Below, one piece after another: positions 35,665 to 48,970 of a stretch of 64,000 bases of DNA. The notes below the pieces were generated by a model. It did no database searches. It saw nothing but the letters and a program-made list of their open reading frames with translations, and was not told the origin of the DNA. The position numbers and the translations under genes are program-made. Source of the DNA: Scyliorhinus canicula (Eukaryota); NCBI RefSeq assembly GCF_902713615.1, contig NC_052167.1, positions 12,249,983 through 12,313,982 of the forward strand, written 5' to 3'. Positions within the stretch are counted from its first letter, which is position 1. Every line of letters starts with the position of its first letter.

Positions 35665-37009
35665 ATAAGGCAGAGAGCGCATTAGGAGAGAAAAACAAAA
35701 CAGAAAAGAAAAGTAAACATTATTTTTAAAATAACAAAAGGGACATTATGTCTGGGAACTGAGACATTCCTGAATGAATGACAAGGCATGTGTGCCAAAT
35801 TTACAAACATTCTTCTATCAATGGCCCCATCCATCATGATCAGGAACAGTAGCAACATAATTCTTAGATTCAATTCATATTTTCTTAAGAAATATCTTGA
35901 AGCCTGTCACCTGATGAATGGTTCTTATGAAATATAGTGACGGAGATGTTAAAGTGTTCAATAGTGCCCATAATTTCACAACTGTAATTTTCACAAATCG
36001 CACTCGTTAGAATGTTAATGCTGTTATGAATTAAGATTTTGTTGTTATTAATGTCATGCCTGTCTTGCGTTTTCTGACAAAACCACAATCCTCCTTTACC
36101 CCCGACTGTAAAGTAATAAGACGTTAATGGTATAATGTTTCAACTAAGGTGGGCTAATGAAATCATGCCAAAAAAATTTGTATTTGAGGAATAAATCCCA
36201 GGCCTTTCCCTACTCCCTTACGCTGACTAACCCAGTCTGACGTAGTGCCAGGGATAAAGGATTACATTGATTTCCCACTGCAGTGGGTAACCAGATATCC
36301 ATTTTTCAACCTCAACAATTCAAATATGTTAACTTTAATCATTGAAAATGGAAGCAGAATGGATTTGTCATTCTCCATAACAATGTCCAAATTATGTGCA
36401 TTGTTAAATGTTGAGCCCAAAGGTATACATAGATTCGAGGGTCAGTACTTGTAAATATATCAAGTTAAAAAGACAATAACAATTTACAGCTACATTTCCA
36501 ATTGCTCCGAGATTTTTATTAGTGATTGAATAATCTTTTCTGAATTCTGTCAAAATACCTGACCACTGAAGAATGGGGTTTCGGTGAGTTTATAAATGTC
36601 TGGTATTGAATCTAATGTTGGAACCCCCTTGAGTTTAAAATGGAAAAGATAAACACTTGAGCAAAATACATGGCCACCCAGTTAAGGCTATGCCACAAAG
36701 CTTAAGGAGCATTGTGTATTCTGCAGCTAGTCAGAATAATATACAAAGCTAGTTGAAAAGAACTAAGAGTATTGTAAAATAATGTTTACTTTGGTAAAAT
36801 GACTCATCCTCGTATATCTATAATATGTAATATTATTTTTTTTTATTTCCCCAACAACAGCTCCATCTTCAGGCTGATTTGCAATTCTTTTCTAATTGGC
36901 ACAAGTCAGCAGATTCCACTTGATTCCTGAGCATCTATTTTTGAAAATGGCGTTGTTGATATGTAGGCGTATGCCGCATAACACATTTCCTAAGTTGAAA
37001 GATTGAATC

Positions 37010-37222
37010 TATTTGCATGTTTTCCGTGCCTGTGTGGGGCTCCGGTCTCCTCCCACAGTCCAAAGATGTTCAGGTTAGGTGGATTGGCCACGCTAAATTG
37101 CCCCTTAGGGTGCAAAGATGTGCACGTTATGTAGAATTATGGGTATAAGGTGGGTTGGGTCGGTACAGACTTGATAGGCTGAATGGCCTCTTTGTGCACC
37201 GTAGGAATTCTGTGGTTCTATG
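37010..37222 (+). mobile_element. 5'-truncated HE1/V-SINE
   Basis: V-core and tail present. Confidence 0.75.
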
Positions 37223-37573
37223 TTTCAAGCTTTACTTTTTTTTAAAAACCGAGTTGCATATTACTAACTATACATTGCTCCACTTAAACAATCCTTTATA
37301 AATCAGGATGAAATGCAATGCATCAAAGGGACTGAACAGAACATAGAATATAGATCATCATTTATTTGCAACAAACCGAACAGTCATTGTAAATGTTTTG
37401 CGTACAAGGTTGTTGGGAGTTAAAAGCTTTAAGGCATTTTCAAGTGCTGTTATAAACTAGCAGTGCCTTCATTCTAACATCTTGTTTGTACAGGGTAGAA
37501 GCAACTTGAGATACAGATTGGGTTGGTAGCTTGTCAGTTCCTGTTCCAACAGCTGTTCTGTACATGGTTGCAT

Positions 37574-37583
37574 TTTATTTATT
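37574..37583 (-). terminator. Two overlapping AATAAA signals at the RGR stop; another at 37366-37361
   Basis: Minus strand reads AAATAAATAAAA across the TAA codon. Confidence 0.45.
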
Positions 37584-37722
37584 TAACTTTTCCATCCATT
37601 TCAATGGGTTCCATTTTCTGTCCCGTTAGGAAGGACCAGATCCCACCTCTGTAGTCTGGGTTCCCTAGAGCGTAGACAAAGGCATTGGCTACCGGGGATG
37701 TCTTTGCAAGGACGGCAGGAAG
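37579..37722 (-). CDS. RGR: RGR opsin exon 7 (144 nt including stop)
   Basis: Acceptor ttttggcAG, then LPAVLAKTSPVANAFVYALGN...GKVK*. Contains retinal-binding Lys255 and NAxxY. Confidence 0.96.
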   Translation of the reverse strand, partial: LPAVLAKTSPVANAFVYALGNPDYRGGIWSFLTGQKMEPIEMDGKVK

Positions 37723-38198
37723 CTGCCAAAACAGGGGTAAACAGAAAATGTGTTATAGCAACATTGGTTTTGAAAGTCCATAAAACTGAGTAATAGAAAG
37801 GGCAAATATCGAGAGACCCCCACGTGAATCAGTAATCGCATTTTCACACCTCCTCCCAAAACAACAAAACTGTATGCATTTGCCAGATATAAAAACAGGA
37901 AATGTTCTAATGTTCTGCAAGCGGGCCATTGAGACTGAAACCATTAACTCTGTTTCTCTCCACAGATGCTACCAGACCTGCTGAATTTTTGTAGCGTTAT
38001 CTGTTTATATCTTGGGTTCCCAACATCCACAGTGTATTGCTTTTATGTAAGCATTTTCCAGATTTCCTGTCAATCTCTAAACAAGAGGCTAACATAGAAT
38101 TCTGTTTGTCTGTAAGCAGCATGGTTGAAAAATAAACAGGATATCAAACCGTTTGCCCATGTTTATAATAACTTTAAACTCCCATTTGTGCAATGCAA

Positions 38199-38229
<31 letters not shown>

Positions 38230-38284
38230 AGCCACCCACCTCCTACGCACCCTTCGCAACATAACACCAGCCTCTCTCACTTAC

Positions 38285-38398
38285 CATTCGCAGTTTTGGA
38301 GATATGACAGTCACATTTCCAATGACAGCATACATGCACAACAAACTATACGGTCCCCAGCAAATTATTAGGGTTTTAAAAGGCAATCCAGTGTTAAA
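38285..38398 (-). CDS. RGR: RGR exon 6 (114 nt)
   Basis: Acceptor cccAG, FNTGLPFKTLIICWGPYSLLCMY..SPKLRM, donor GTAAGT; phase 0/0. Confidence 0.96.
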
Positions 38399-38924
38399 CT
38401 GGGTGGAAATAAAAAAAAAATTGTGGTTAGAATGGTTCAAGGTCATGCAATGTTTCCATCACCACAAAGCTAAACCACCAGGTCCCACTAGATTTCTCTC
38501 TACTCTGTACCTGTGATATTCCCCAACCTGCTGATTTCTCTTTATTTATCAGAGAAAAGTCAATCCGAGCTTGCAAAAATCCTTACTGACACAACAGCAC
38601 GTGTCTTTCACTGCTTTCGTTTGCTGGCATTTTACTCCATACCTAAGTTTTGAGATTCATTCCTTACTGCATTATGCTTCCATGAGTGTTCGTTGCTCTC
38701 CAGCTCAATTCACTGAGCTTCTTAATGCCCATCTTAGAGTTCCCCTAATGGTTCAGCTCATCTATCTTGTGAGCAGCTGAGCTCTACACACAAGGAACTC
38801 CCAGTTCAGATCTGCATTCAGATGGTTGATCTCCGAAAGGGTCTAACTACTGACCTCACTGGGCCATGTAGGGCAAAGTTGGCCAGATCGCCACTTCTGG
38901 CCATTATCCACTGCTGGAACCCAT

Positions 38925-39730
38925 CATAGAGTCCTAGATAGTTCCAAAGCAGAAAGAGGCCACTTGGCACATCATGGCTGCGCCGGACAAACATTGAGCC
39001 ACTCAGCTTAATCCCATTTTCCAGCATTTAGTGTAGAGCCCTGTAGGCTACAGCAGTTGAGGTGCATAGCCAGACACTTTATGCCTACAACCCTTTCAGG
39101 CAGTGAGTTCCCTCTGGGTGCAAAGGTTTCTCCTCACCTCCTGTCTAATATTCCTACCAATCACTTTAAATCCATGCCCCCAGTCACTGACCTCTGTGAT
39201 AAGGTAAATAAGGGATAAGGGGCCACACAATCCAGGCCCCTCACAATCTCCATCACATCTCCCCTCTTCCTTCTCTGTTCCATGGTAAACAACCCCAGAC
39301 TGTCCAATCCTTCATCATAGCTCAAATCTTCCAGTCTTGACAACATCCTGGTAAACCTCCTCTTGTACCCTCTCTAGTACAATGACATCCTTTCAATAAT
39401 GATGAGGTGACCAGAACTGCCAACAGTACTCAAGTTGAGGCCTAAGGTTTTATATAGTTCCAGCATATCCTCCCTGCTCTTAGCCTTGGCTAATAAAAGG
39501 AAGGATTCCATTTGCCTTCTTAACGACCTTGTCCACCTGTCCTGCTACCTTCAGGGATGTGAACACATTGGCTCCAAGGTCTCCCACCTCCTCTACACCT
39601 TTCAGTAGCTTCCCATTGATTGTCTATTCCTGGGCCTTGTTTGACCTCCCCAAATGCATCACCTCACACTTCTCTGGCTTGAATTCCATTTGCAACGTTT
39701 CTGCCACCCTGACCAGTCCATTGATATTCC
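38925..39730 (-). mobile_element. Degenerate CR1 LINE 3' fragment in RGR intron 5
   Basis: Homologous to 33087-34030. Confidence 0.8.
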
Positions 39731-39835
39731 TCCCCAGTCCACTCCTCCTCACAAGGGCCTCCTCAACATGAGGTTCATGGAACTAACACATATGCTCAAG
39801 GGAAGGGAGATAAATTGACTCAGTCACATGGTCCA

Positions 39836-40021
39836 GAATGAAATGAAATGAAAATCACTTATTGTCACGAGTAGGCTTCAATGAAGTTACTGTGAAAAGC
39901 CCCTAGTCGCCACATTCTGGCGCTTGTCCGGGGAGGCTGTTACGGGAATCGAACCGTGCTGCTGGCCTGCCTTGGTCTGCGTTCAAAGCCAGCGATTTAG
40001 CCCAGTGTGCTAAACAGACCC
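39836..40021 (-). mobile_element. Family-2 SINE
   Basis: Near-complete copy with (TGAAA)n on the plus strand. Confidence 0.85.
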
Positions 40022-41157
40022 TGAAAGTGATGCTCGTATAAGTTCCGGAACATTTCCATTCAGAGACAAGGCGAGTGGAATCTGTCCAACAGCCATGCAA
40101 AAGGGACAAAAGTAAATGAACTGTCTTCTGGCCAATTTCCTTTTCCGTTTAAGTCTATTGACAGACCCTGAACTGTTCGATTGAGTGATTATCTAATGCA
40201 GTCGGGTTGTCAACCATCAACGGATTTAACCCAAACACAACCTCACCAATTGTAACAATGTCAGACTCTGCTCAGAGCAATAATTAGTACTCAGCATCTA
40301 TTAATGCTGACCAGAGGGCTTGTGGCACAGAGGGCAGTGCGCCTGCCTCCAGGCTGGAAGCTCCGGTTTCGAGTCCCATCCCAGGACCTGACGGTGGAGA
40401 AAGGTCTGTTTGTAACAAGGTCAAACAGGTTGGGTGCGTCAACCTGTGTAATCCTTCCAAACACCCCAATGGTTGGGGGTCAGAGCGGGACAGACGCCTA
40501 GTCAGCCCTTCTGGATGTGGAGTGGCGCCCCTCAAGCTATGACCCCCTGGTGCCAGACTCCTGTTCTGGGAATTACTAGCTGTGGAAACAGATGAAAGAC
40601 TATCTAAGTCCAAGCACCAGGTGAGGGAAGAGGAAGAGAATAGAAGAAAATCTACGAATGCTAATTTCCAGTGCTACACTAAAACACTCTTACAGCCTTT
40701 GTCTCTCATTTTGTTGAGTAACTCTCCCTATTAATGACTGGCTATTAAAATCCAATACATCCCTGTTGCTTCTCTGGCTGGGAATTTCCAGCCCTTACGG
40801 CCAAAAGGATCCTCCAGTCCCCCGCCCCAGCCTGTGGCAGATACCCCAGTGGCTGGGCTGGCGAGCAGCTCTCATGGCTATTGAGTTTGGTAGGGCTGGA
40901 AGATGTACTGGCTGCCAATAGTGAGCTGCCACTCCTGCCAATAAAACTGCCGTGGGGAGGAAAATCCCCTGTGTATAGCCGTCCTTAGCAACTAACCAGA
41001 GGCAGTTCTGTGCAGTGGGTCCTTTTATACAGAAGGGGTCTGGAGCAGAAATATGCACTTAAACTCATTTTTAATCCGGATGTGTTTTGCCGTGACAATG
41101 AAAATCTCAAAGGATTTTCTGTTGCGCTCTTAATGAGATTGCGTAACTTTGTTTCAC

Positions 41158-41275
41158 CTTGGTTTGTCCAGTTTTCTTGAATTTACTCGCACATGACTGG
41201 TAAGAAGTTACCAAGATGAAAAGTGGAAAGGCAAATTCGAAAAAAGCCATCGGAATGAAGAATGAGACAAATTTC
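41158..41275 (-). CDS. RGR: RGR exon 5 (118 nt)
   Basis: Acceptor ttttccAG, (R)KFVSFFIPMAFFEFAFPLFILVTSYQSCASKFKKTGQTK, donor GTGAAA. Not in the ORF track. Confidence 0.94.
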
Positions 41276-41682
41276 CTGGAAAACAAAAGTCAAGATACAG
41301 ACGGTATTACACGTTGAATTCTGATCCACAATTTCTAAAGTATCTGAAGTTTGTATGAATCAGTCATGAAAACAGAGAACGCTGGATAAACTCAGCAGCA
41401 TCTGTGGAGAGAGAAACAGAGTTAACGGTTCGAGTCCGTGTGACTCTTCTTCAGAACTGAAGAGGGTTAGAAATGAAATGAATGATGTAGTTGGGGGAGG
41501 GGGAGCAGAAACGAAGGTCAGGGATAGTTTGGAGCTAAGGAGAGGTTGATCGAGATGTCATGGACATAAGTCAAAGGGGTGGTAATGGTGGCATCAAGGA
41601 CTGAAGAAATGCTAATAGTGGCATAAAGTTAAGCGAGGAGAATGTGTTAAAAGAAGAGCAAAGGTCAGTGGTCCATTGAAGA

Positions 41683-41910
41683 GGGGCAACACGGTGGCTC
41701 AGTGGCTAGCACTGCTGCCTCACGGCGCCGGGGGGCCCAGGTTCAGCCAAAGCCCTGGGTCACTGTCCGTGTGGAGCCAGCACATTCTCCCCGTGTCTGC
41801 GTGGGTCTCACCCCCACAACACAAAGATGTGCAGGCTAGTTGAATTGGCCACGCTAAATTGCCCCTTAATTGGAAAAACGGGTACTCTAAAAAATTGGGT
41901 ACTCTAAATA
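41683..41910 (+). mobile_element. V-SINE variant within a Penelope-like remnant
   Basis: tRNA head and shortened V-core. Confidence 0.7.
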
Positions 41911-42172
41911 TATTTTTAAACATTTTTGTGCTCAGTTGAAGGAAAACTGAAAAACGAGGGACAAATGGCCCCATGGGGACGGGGTGGTTCGTACTGCGGT
42001 AAACCAAGGTAATCCGGAAACAATTTTGTTTTCAGATTTCCAGAATCCACAGTATTTCACTTTGACATGCATTAGTCAATGGGCCAAATGGCCTCCTCTG
42101 CACTATAGGGATTCTCTACGTCTATGAGTTGGTGCTCAAAAAAAGCAGGAGGCTCTCCTTATTTAAACTGAT

Positions 42173-42886
42173 GGCCGGGATTCTCTGATCCCGTGGCCAA
42201 GTTCTGACTCCGACTCTGGCGTCAAAAGCAGCGCGAGTCACTCCGGCGTCAATGGGCCTCCAGACCCAGATATTCACCCCTTGCCTGGGGGCTTGTACGG
42301 TGCCGGAGTGGTGTCCGCTGCTCGAGCCGGCACGCCACGGCCGGTGCGTGTTCGCGCATGCGTGTGGGTTCCCGTCTCCGCGCCGGCCACTGGGCAATAT
42401 GACTTCTTGGGACATATTGTCACAAGTAGACTTCAAATGAAGTTACTGTGAAAAGCCCCTAGTCACCACATTCCGGCGCCTGTTCATGGACACTGGTGCG
42501 GGAATTGAACCGTGCTGCTGGCCTGCCTTGTTCTACTTTCAAAGCCAGTGATTTAGCCAGTGTGCTAAACCAGCCCCTCTTTATGGCAATATGGCGGAGT
42601 CCTACAGGGACCAGGCGCGGAGGAACATAGGCCCCCCCACCGTGCAGGCCCCACCTCCATAGGACCATACGTAACCTATGCCGATGGGACTCGACCGAAC
42701 TCGGTGGGTACTCGGCCCGTCGAGGCGCGGAGAATCACCGGGGGCAGGGGGGGGAGCGCTTTCAACGACCCCCGACCGGCGCAGCGGGCGCCCGAGAATC
42801 GGCAGGCCAACGTCAGAGCGGCGTGGCGCGATTCACGCGGCCGCCCAGCGATTCTCTGACCCGGCGGGGAGTCGGAGAATCCAGCC
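42173..42886. mobile_element. Harbinger-type MITE with a nested family-2 SINE (42415-42577)
   Basis: Imperfect TIRs GGCCGGGATTCTCTGA / TCGGAGAATCCAGCC; GC- and CpG-rich body. Confidence 0.75.
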
Positions 42887-43108
42887 AATGGACCAAATGT
42901 GCCTGATCCTGGTGGTTTAGCGGGTGTGTGAAGCAGTTCCTAATTCCAACGACACTGATAATCATGGAATCTCCTGTTCCATCCATATGGCCGATTCTTA
43001 ACTGCTATCTAGAGTGGCCTAGCAAGCTACCCAGTCACAATGAAGTACTGCCAGCAAGGCCTCCACATCATGTGAATTAATCACATTAAAAAAAAATCAC
43101 ATACCTAC

Positions 43109-43262
43109 CTGTCACCTTTGGAGTAATCCAAAGTGCAGCAAGTTCTCAATGGTTCGTAGTCATATTCACCCCATCCCAATAACGGCATAGCGGCCCAGAA
43201 TGCAGCAAATCCCCAGATAATTGATAGGACAATCACTGTACTCTTCCATTGCAGTCTTGACC
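43109..43262 (-). CDS. RGR: RGR exon 4 (154 nt)
   Basis: Acceptor cacAG, RSRLQW..FWAAMPLLGWGEYDYEPLRTCCTLDYSKGDR, donor GTAGGT; contains Glu156. Confidence 0.97.
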
Positions 43263-43685
43263 CTGTGACATAGGTTCAACACATGGACGTCAATTTGTAA
43301 ATCAATGCACCTTTGCCTTCAACGAGAGAACATTTAAGTTAAATCACCATTGAGATTACCAATATTAGTGGTCACTTTACAAAAATATGTACACTTTTAA
43401 TGTCACGATTTGCTCAAATTATCAGGCCATGGGCCAACTATTGCCAGAATTCCGATACATGACTTCCGGTTGCGGCTATGCGGAGCTAAGCCGCACGTTC
43501 GGCAGCTCCCGCTATCAAAGGACTTTCGGGCCTGTTTTAGGGCCCCAAACGGTGCTGTTTCGACGATTCCCGGTGGGGGAAGGTGTTTGGAGGAACATTC
43601 CCCGAAATTTATGGTGCGCACCCGGAGTGGGGCAAAGGAATAGGCTGCAGCAGCTCCCCAGAAAAAGCGGGGGAAGGAGGACAAA

Positions 43686-44456
43686 ATGCCGGCTGGCGGA
43701 GCACCCGAGGATTGGTGGAAGTGGGCGCAGGAGCAGCAAGCTGCTCTTCTGCGCTGTTTTGCGGAGCTGAAGGCTGAGTTGCTGGACTCCCTGAATGCGA
43801 CTACCAGCAAGCTGCTTGAGACCCAGACAGCCCAGGGGGCGGCCACCCAGGCGTTGCAGCAGCAGGCCGCTGATCGGGAGGAGGAGGCCGTGGTCCTCGT
43901 GGGGAAGGTGGAGATGCACGAGGCACTTCACAAAAAGTGGCAAGATCGCTTGGAGGAGCTGGACTTTCGCACGAGGTGGAAGAATTTGAGGCTCCTGGGT
44001 CTGGCGGAGGGGCTGGAGGGGTCGGATCTTCCGTCCTATGTTGCCACGATGCTGAATTCGTTGATGGGGGCGGGGTCCTTCCATCTGCCCCTGGAGCTTG
44101 AGGGAGCCCACAGAGTGCTGGCCAGGAGGCCCAAGGCGAATGAACCCCCGCGGGCGGTGCTGGTGCGGTTCCATCGGTTCAGTGACCAGGAGTGTGTGCT
44201 GCACTGGGCCAAGAAGGAGAGGAGCGGTAAGTGGGAGAACTCGGTAGTGCGAATCTACCAGGACTGGAGTGCGGAGGTGGCTAAGCGGCGGGCCGGGTTC
44301 AACCGGACGAAGGCGGTGCTGCATAACAAGCAGGTTAAATTTGGAATGCTGCAGCCTGCGCGTCTGTGGGTAACATATAAGGACCAACACCACTACTTCG
44401 AGTCCCCGGAGGAGGCGTGGGCCTTTGTGCAGGCGGAGACGCTGGACTCGAACTAG
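43686..44456 (+). CDS. L1 ORF1p, open, 256 aa
   Basis: Coiled coil followed by KNLRLLGLAEG, ELEGAHR, PRAVLVRF, RIYQD and PARL motifs (Transposase_22-like). Confidence 0.9.
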   Translation: MPAGGAPEDWWKWAQEQQAALLRCFAELKAELLDSLNATTSKLLETQTAQGAATQALQQQAADREEEAVVLVGKVEMHEALHKKWQDRLEELDFRTRWKNLRLLGLAEGLEGSDLPSYVATMLNSLMGAGSFHLPLELEGAHRVLARRPKANEPPRAVLVRFHRFSDQECVLHWAKKERSGKWENSVVRIYQDWSAEVAKRRAGFNRTKAVLHNKQVKFGMLQPARLWVTYKDQHHYFESPEEAWAFVQAETLDSN

Positions 44457-45059
44457 GGTTGCTATTTTTGCTGTTGCTGTTTTTGTAATTTTGACATGTG
44501 TTTTTTATGCTGGTTCTTGCTCTGTTTCCGGGTGGTTCTGTTGGGTATGGTTTTGTGTTTTGTGGGGAATGTTGGGGGGTTTTTTTTTTCTGTACGGGGC
44601 TGGGGGATGGGGTGGAGCTGGAATTTGGGAGCTGCATCAGAAAGGTGGGGTGGGGCAGTGGGAAAGCGCGGGCTTTCCTCTGGTTTCCCGCGCTGCGGGG
44701 CAGGAGGGGTGGAGCTGGCGGTGGGGGCGTGGCCTCTACTGGTTTTTTCCCTGCTCTGAAGCGGTGCCAAGTAGGAGTGGCAGGAGGGGGGATGACCCCC
44801 ATGTCGGGATGGGCCGGGTTTTGAAGGGAGTTGCCGTCAGCAGAGGTCAGCTGACTCACAGAAGTACCATGGAGGGTGCGTCGCGGCTAGGAGGGGTCCT
44901 AGCCTGGGGGGGGGGTGGGAGGGTAGGGGGGGATACCGGGTTGCTGCTGGAATGCCCAGGAAGGAGCTGGTGTGGGCCGGGGGGTAGAGGAGAGGCATTA
45001 TGGTCATGGGGAACGGGTCGGGCGGGGTGTACTGGCCTGGGGCGAGCAGTCGATGAGCT

Positions 45060-48000
45060 ATGGCTAGTCGGCGGGGGAGGGGGGCGTGGTGCCCTCTGAT
45101 CCGGCTGATCACCTGGTACGTGAGGGAGCTGAATGGGCCGGTTAAGCGGGCTAGGGTATTTTCTCATTTGAAGGGGCTGAAGGCGGACGTGGCTATGCTC
45201 CAGGAGACCCACTTGAAGGTGGCGGACCAGGTTCGTCTGAGGAAGGGGTGGGTGGGGCAGGTTTTTCACTCAGGATTAGATGCAAAGAACCGGGGGGTGG
45301 CGATTCTGGTGGGGAAGAGGGTGGCGTTCGAGGCGTTTGAGGTGGTGTCGGACAAGGAGGGCAGATATATTATGGTGAAGGGTAGGCTGCAGGGAGAGAA
45401 GGTGGTGCTGGTTAATGTATATGCCCCGAATTGGGATGATGCTGGCTTCATGAGGCGCTTGTTGGGCCGCATTCCGGACCTGGAGGCAGGGGGCCTGATC
45501 ATGGGGGGAGACTTTAACACAGTGCTGGATCCCCCACTGGACCGGTCCAGTTCAAGGACGGGTAAGAGGCCGGCGGCGGCCAAGGTGCTGAGGGCGTTTA
45601 TGGACCAGATGGGAGGGGTGGATCCCTGGAGGTTCGGGAGGCCGAGGGCGCGGGAGTATTCCTTTTTCTCCCATGTGCATAGGGTTTACTCCCGAATAGA
45701 TTTTCTTGTCCTGAGCAGGGGATTGATCCCGAAGGTGCAGGATGCCGAATATTCGGCCAAAGCAATTTCAGACCATGCTCCGCACTGGGTTGATCTGGAG
45801 ATAGGGGAGGTGCGGGACCAGCGCCCGCTGTGGCGTCTGGACGTGGGGTTACTGGCTGATGAGGAGGTGTGTAGGAGGGTCCGGGGAAGTATTGAGGGGT
45901 ACCTTGAGGCCAATGACACGGGGGAGGTCCGGGTGGGGATGGTCTGGGGGGCTCTGAAGGCAGTGATCCAGGGGGAGCTGATTTCCATCCGGGCCCATAG
46001 GGAAAGGAGGGAGAGGGAGAGACTGGTGGGGGAGCTACTAGATGTGGATATGAGGTACGCGGAAGCCCTGGAGGAAGGATTGTTGGGGGAACGGCGTAGC
46101 TTGCTGGCCAAGTTCGACTTGCTGACCACCAGAAAGGCGGAGACACAGTGGAGGAAGGCGTAAGGCGCGGTTTATGAGTATGGGGAGAAGGCGAGCAGGA
46201 TGCTGGCGCATCAGCTCTGCAGACGGGATGCGGCTAGGGAAATTAGTGGAGTGATGGATAAGGGTGGGAATGTGGTGCGGAAGGGGGCAGAGGTGAACTG
46301 GGTCTTTAGGGACTTTTACGAGGAACTGTACCCGTCGGAGCCACCGGTGGGGGGGGGGGGAATGGAGAGCTTTATGAACAGGCTACATTTCCCAAAGCTG
46401 CAGGAGGAGCTGGTGAAGGGGCTGGGGGCGCCGATTGAGTTGGAGGAGTTAGTCAGGGGGATTGGTCAAATGCAGTCAGGGAAGGCGCCGGGGCCGGATG
46501 GGTTCCCGGTGGAATTTTATAAAACGTATGCGGACCTGGTGGGCCCCCTGTTGGTGCGAGCCTTCAATGAGGCATGGGAGGGGGGGGGCTTTGCCCCCGA
46601 TGATGTCACGGGTGCTGATTTCTTTGATCCTGAAGCGGGATAAGGACCCCCTGCAGTGCGGATCATACAGGCCAATCTCGCTCCTCAATGTGGATGCTAA
46701 GTTGCTGGCGAAGATCCTGGCCACCAGGATAGAGGACTGTGTGCCAGGGGTGATACACAAGGATCAGACAGGATTTGTCAAGGGGCGGCAGCTCAACACG
46801 AATGTGCGGAGATTGCTAAATGTTATCATGATGTCGGCGGTGGAGGGGGAGGCGGAGATAGTGGTGGCGCTAGATGCAGAGAAGGCCTTTGATAGAGTTG
46901 AGTGGGGGTACCTGTGGGAGGTGCTGGAGGGGTTTGGATTTGCGGAGGGGTTCATCAAATGGGTGAGGTTGCTTTTTGAGGCCCCGATGGCGAGTGTAGT
47001 TACTAATGGAAGGAGGTCAGAGTACTTCAGGCTCTACTGTGGGACCAGGCAGGGGTGCCCCCTTCCCCTTTGCTTTTTGCACTGGCAATTGAACCTCTGG
47101 CTATGGCGTTGAGGGAGTTGGGGAGGTGGAGGGGTCTGGTGCGGGGTGGGGAGGAACATCGGGTATCGCTGTATGCGGACGACCTGCTGCTGTATGTGAT
47201 GGACCCAATGGGGGGAATGCCGGGGGTGATGGAGCTGTTGGCTGAGTTTGGGGGCTTTTCGGGCTATAAGCTGAACCTGGGCAAGAGCGAGGTATTTGTA
47301 GTGCACCCGGGTGATCAGGAGGAGGGAATTGGTAGGCTCCCGTTTAAGATGGCAGTGAAGAGTTTTAGGTACCTGGGGGTGCAGGTGGCCAGGAGTTGGG
47401 GGACTCTCCACAAGCTTAATTTTACCAGGCTTGTGGAGCAGATGGAGGAGGAATTTAAAAGTTGGGACATGGTGCCGCAATCGCTGGCGGGTAGAGTGCA
47501 GTCTGTCAAAATGACGGTGCTCCCGAGGTTCTTGTTCCTTTTTCAGTGTTTGCCCATCTTTATTCCTAGGGCCTTTTTTAGAAGGGTGACTAGCAGCATC
47601 ATGAGTTTTGTTTGGGCGCGTGGGACCCTGAGGGTGAAGATGGTCTTCTGGGAGCGGGGCAGAGATGGTGGGGGGCTGGCGTTACCCAATCTCTCGGGGT
47701 ATTATTGGGCGGCCAATGTGTCGATGGTGCGCACGTGGGTGATGGAGGGGGAGGGGGCAGCATGGAAACGGATGGAGATGGCGTCCTGTGGAGGCACAAG
47801 CCTGGGGACCCTGGTAACGGCGCCGTTGCCGCACCCTCCTACGAAGTATACCACAAGTCCGGTGGTGGCGGCTACCCTCAAGATCTGGGGGCAGTGGAGG
47901 CGACATAGGGGGGAAGCTAAGGGGGAACCATCGGTTCGTCCCGGGGAACATTGATGGAGGGTGAAATGAAATGAAATGAAAAATGAAAAATGAAAATCGC

Positions 48001-48970
48001 TTATTGTCACGAGTAGGCTTCAATGAAGTTACTGTGAAAAGCCCCTAGTTGCCACATTCCGGCGCCTGTCCGGGGAGGCTTGTACGGGAATTGAACTAGC
48101 CTGCTTGGTCTGCTTTAAAAGCCAGCGATTTAACCGAGTGAGCTAAACCAGCCCCTGGGTTGGTAGAGAGCGGGCATCAGAAAGCTGAGGGAACTGTTCA
48201 TTGATGGGAGGTTTGCGAGCCTGGGAGAGTTGGAGGAGAAATGTGAGCTCCCCTCGGGGAACGTGTTCAGGTATCTGCAGGTAAAGGCGTTTGCTAGGCG
48301 GCAGGTGGAGGGATTCCCTTTGCTTGAGGGACAGGGTGCTTACGGGGGTCTGGGTCGGGGATGGGAAGATATCTGATATCTACAAGGTAATGCAGGAGGT
48401 GGAGGAGGCGTCAGTAGAGGAGCTAAAGGCTAAGTGGGAGGGGGAACTGGGGGAGCAGATCGAGGATGGGACATGGGCGGATGCCCTGGAGAGAGTTAAC
48501 TCTTCCTCCTCATGTGCGCGGCTTAGCCTCATCCAATTCAAGGTGCTGCACCGGGCCCATATGTCCGGGACTAGGATGAGTAGGTTCTTTGGGGTGTCCA
48601 GCGAACCATGCCCATATGTTCTGGGCATGCCCGGCACTGGAGGAGTTCTGAAAGGGGGTGGCGAGGACGGTGTTGAGGGTGGTAGGATCCAGGGTCAAGC
48701 CAGGATGGGGACTCGCGATTTTTGGGGGTTGCGGTGGAGCTGGGAGTGCAGGAGGCGAGAGAGGCCGGAGTTTTGGCCTTTGCGTCCCTAGTAGCCCGGC
48801 GGAGGATCTTGCTACAGTGGAAGGATGCGAGACCCCCAAGCGTGGAGACCTGGATCAATGACATGGCGGGTTTTATTAAGCTCGAGAAGGTCAAATTCGC
48901 CCTGAGAGGATCGGTACAAGGGTTCTTTAGGCGGTGGCAGCCTTTCCTCGACTTTCTGGCTCAGCGATAG
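45060..48970 (+). pseudogene. L1 ORF2 (endonuclease and reverse transcriptase), disrupted
   Basis: LQETH, GGDFN, SDH, GPDG, YRPISLLN, GTRQGCP and YADD present. Stop at 46161-46163, frameshifts near 46590 and 47060, SINE insertion at 47962-48154. Confidence 0.93.
47962..48154 (-). mobile_element. Family-2 SINE inserted in L1 ORF2
   Basis: Complete reverse copy. Confidence 0.88.
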
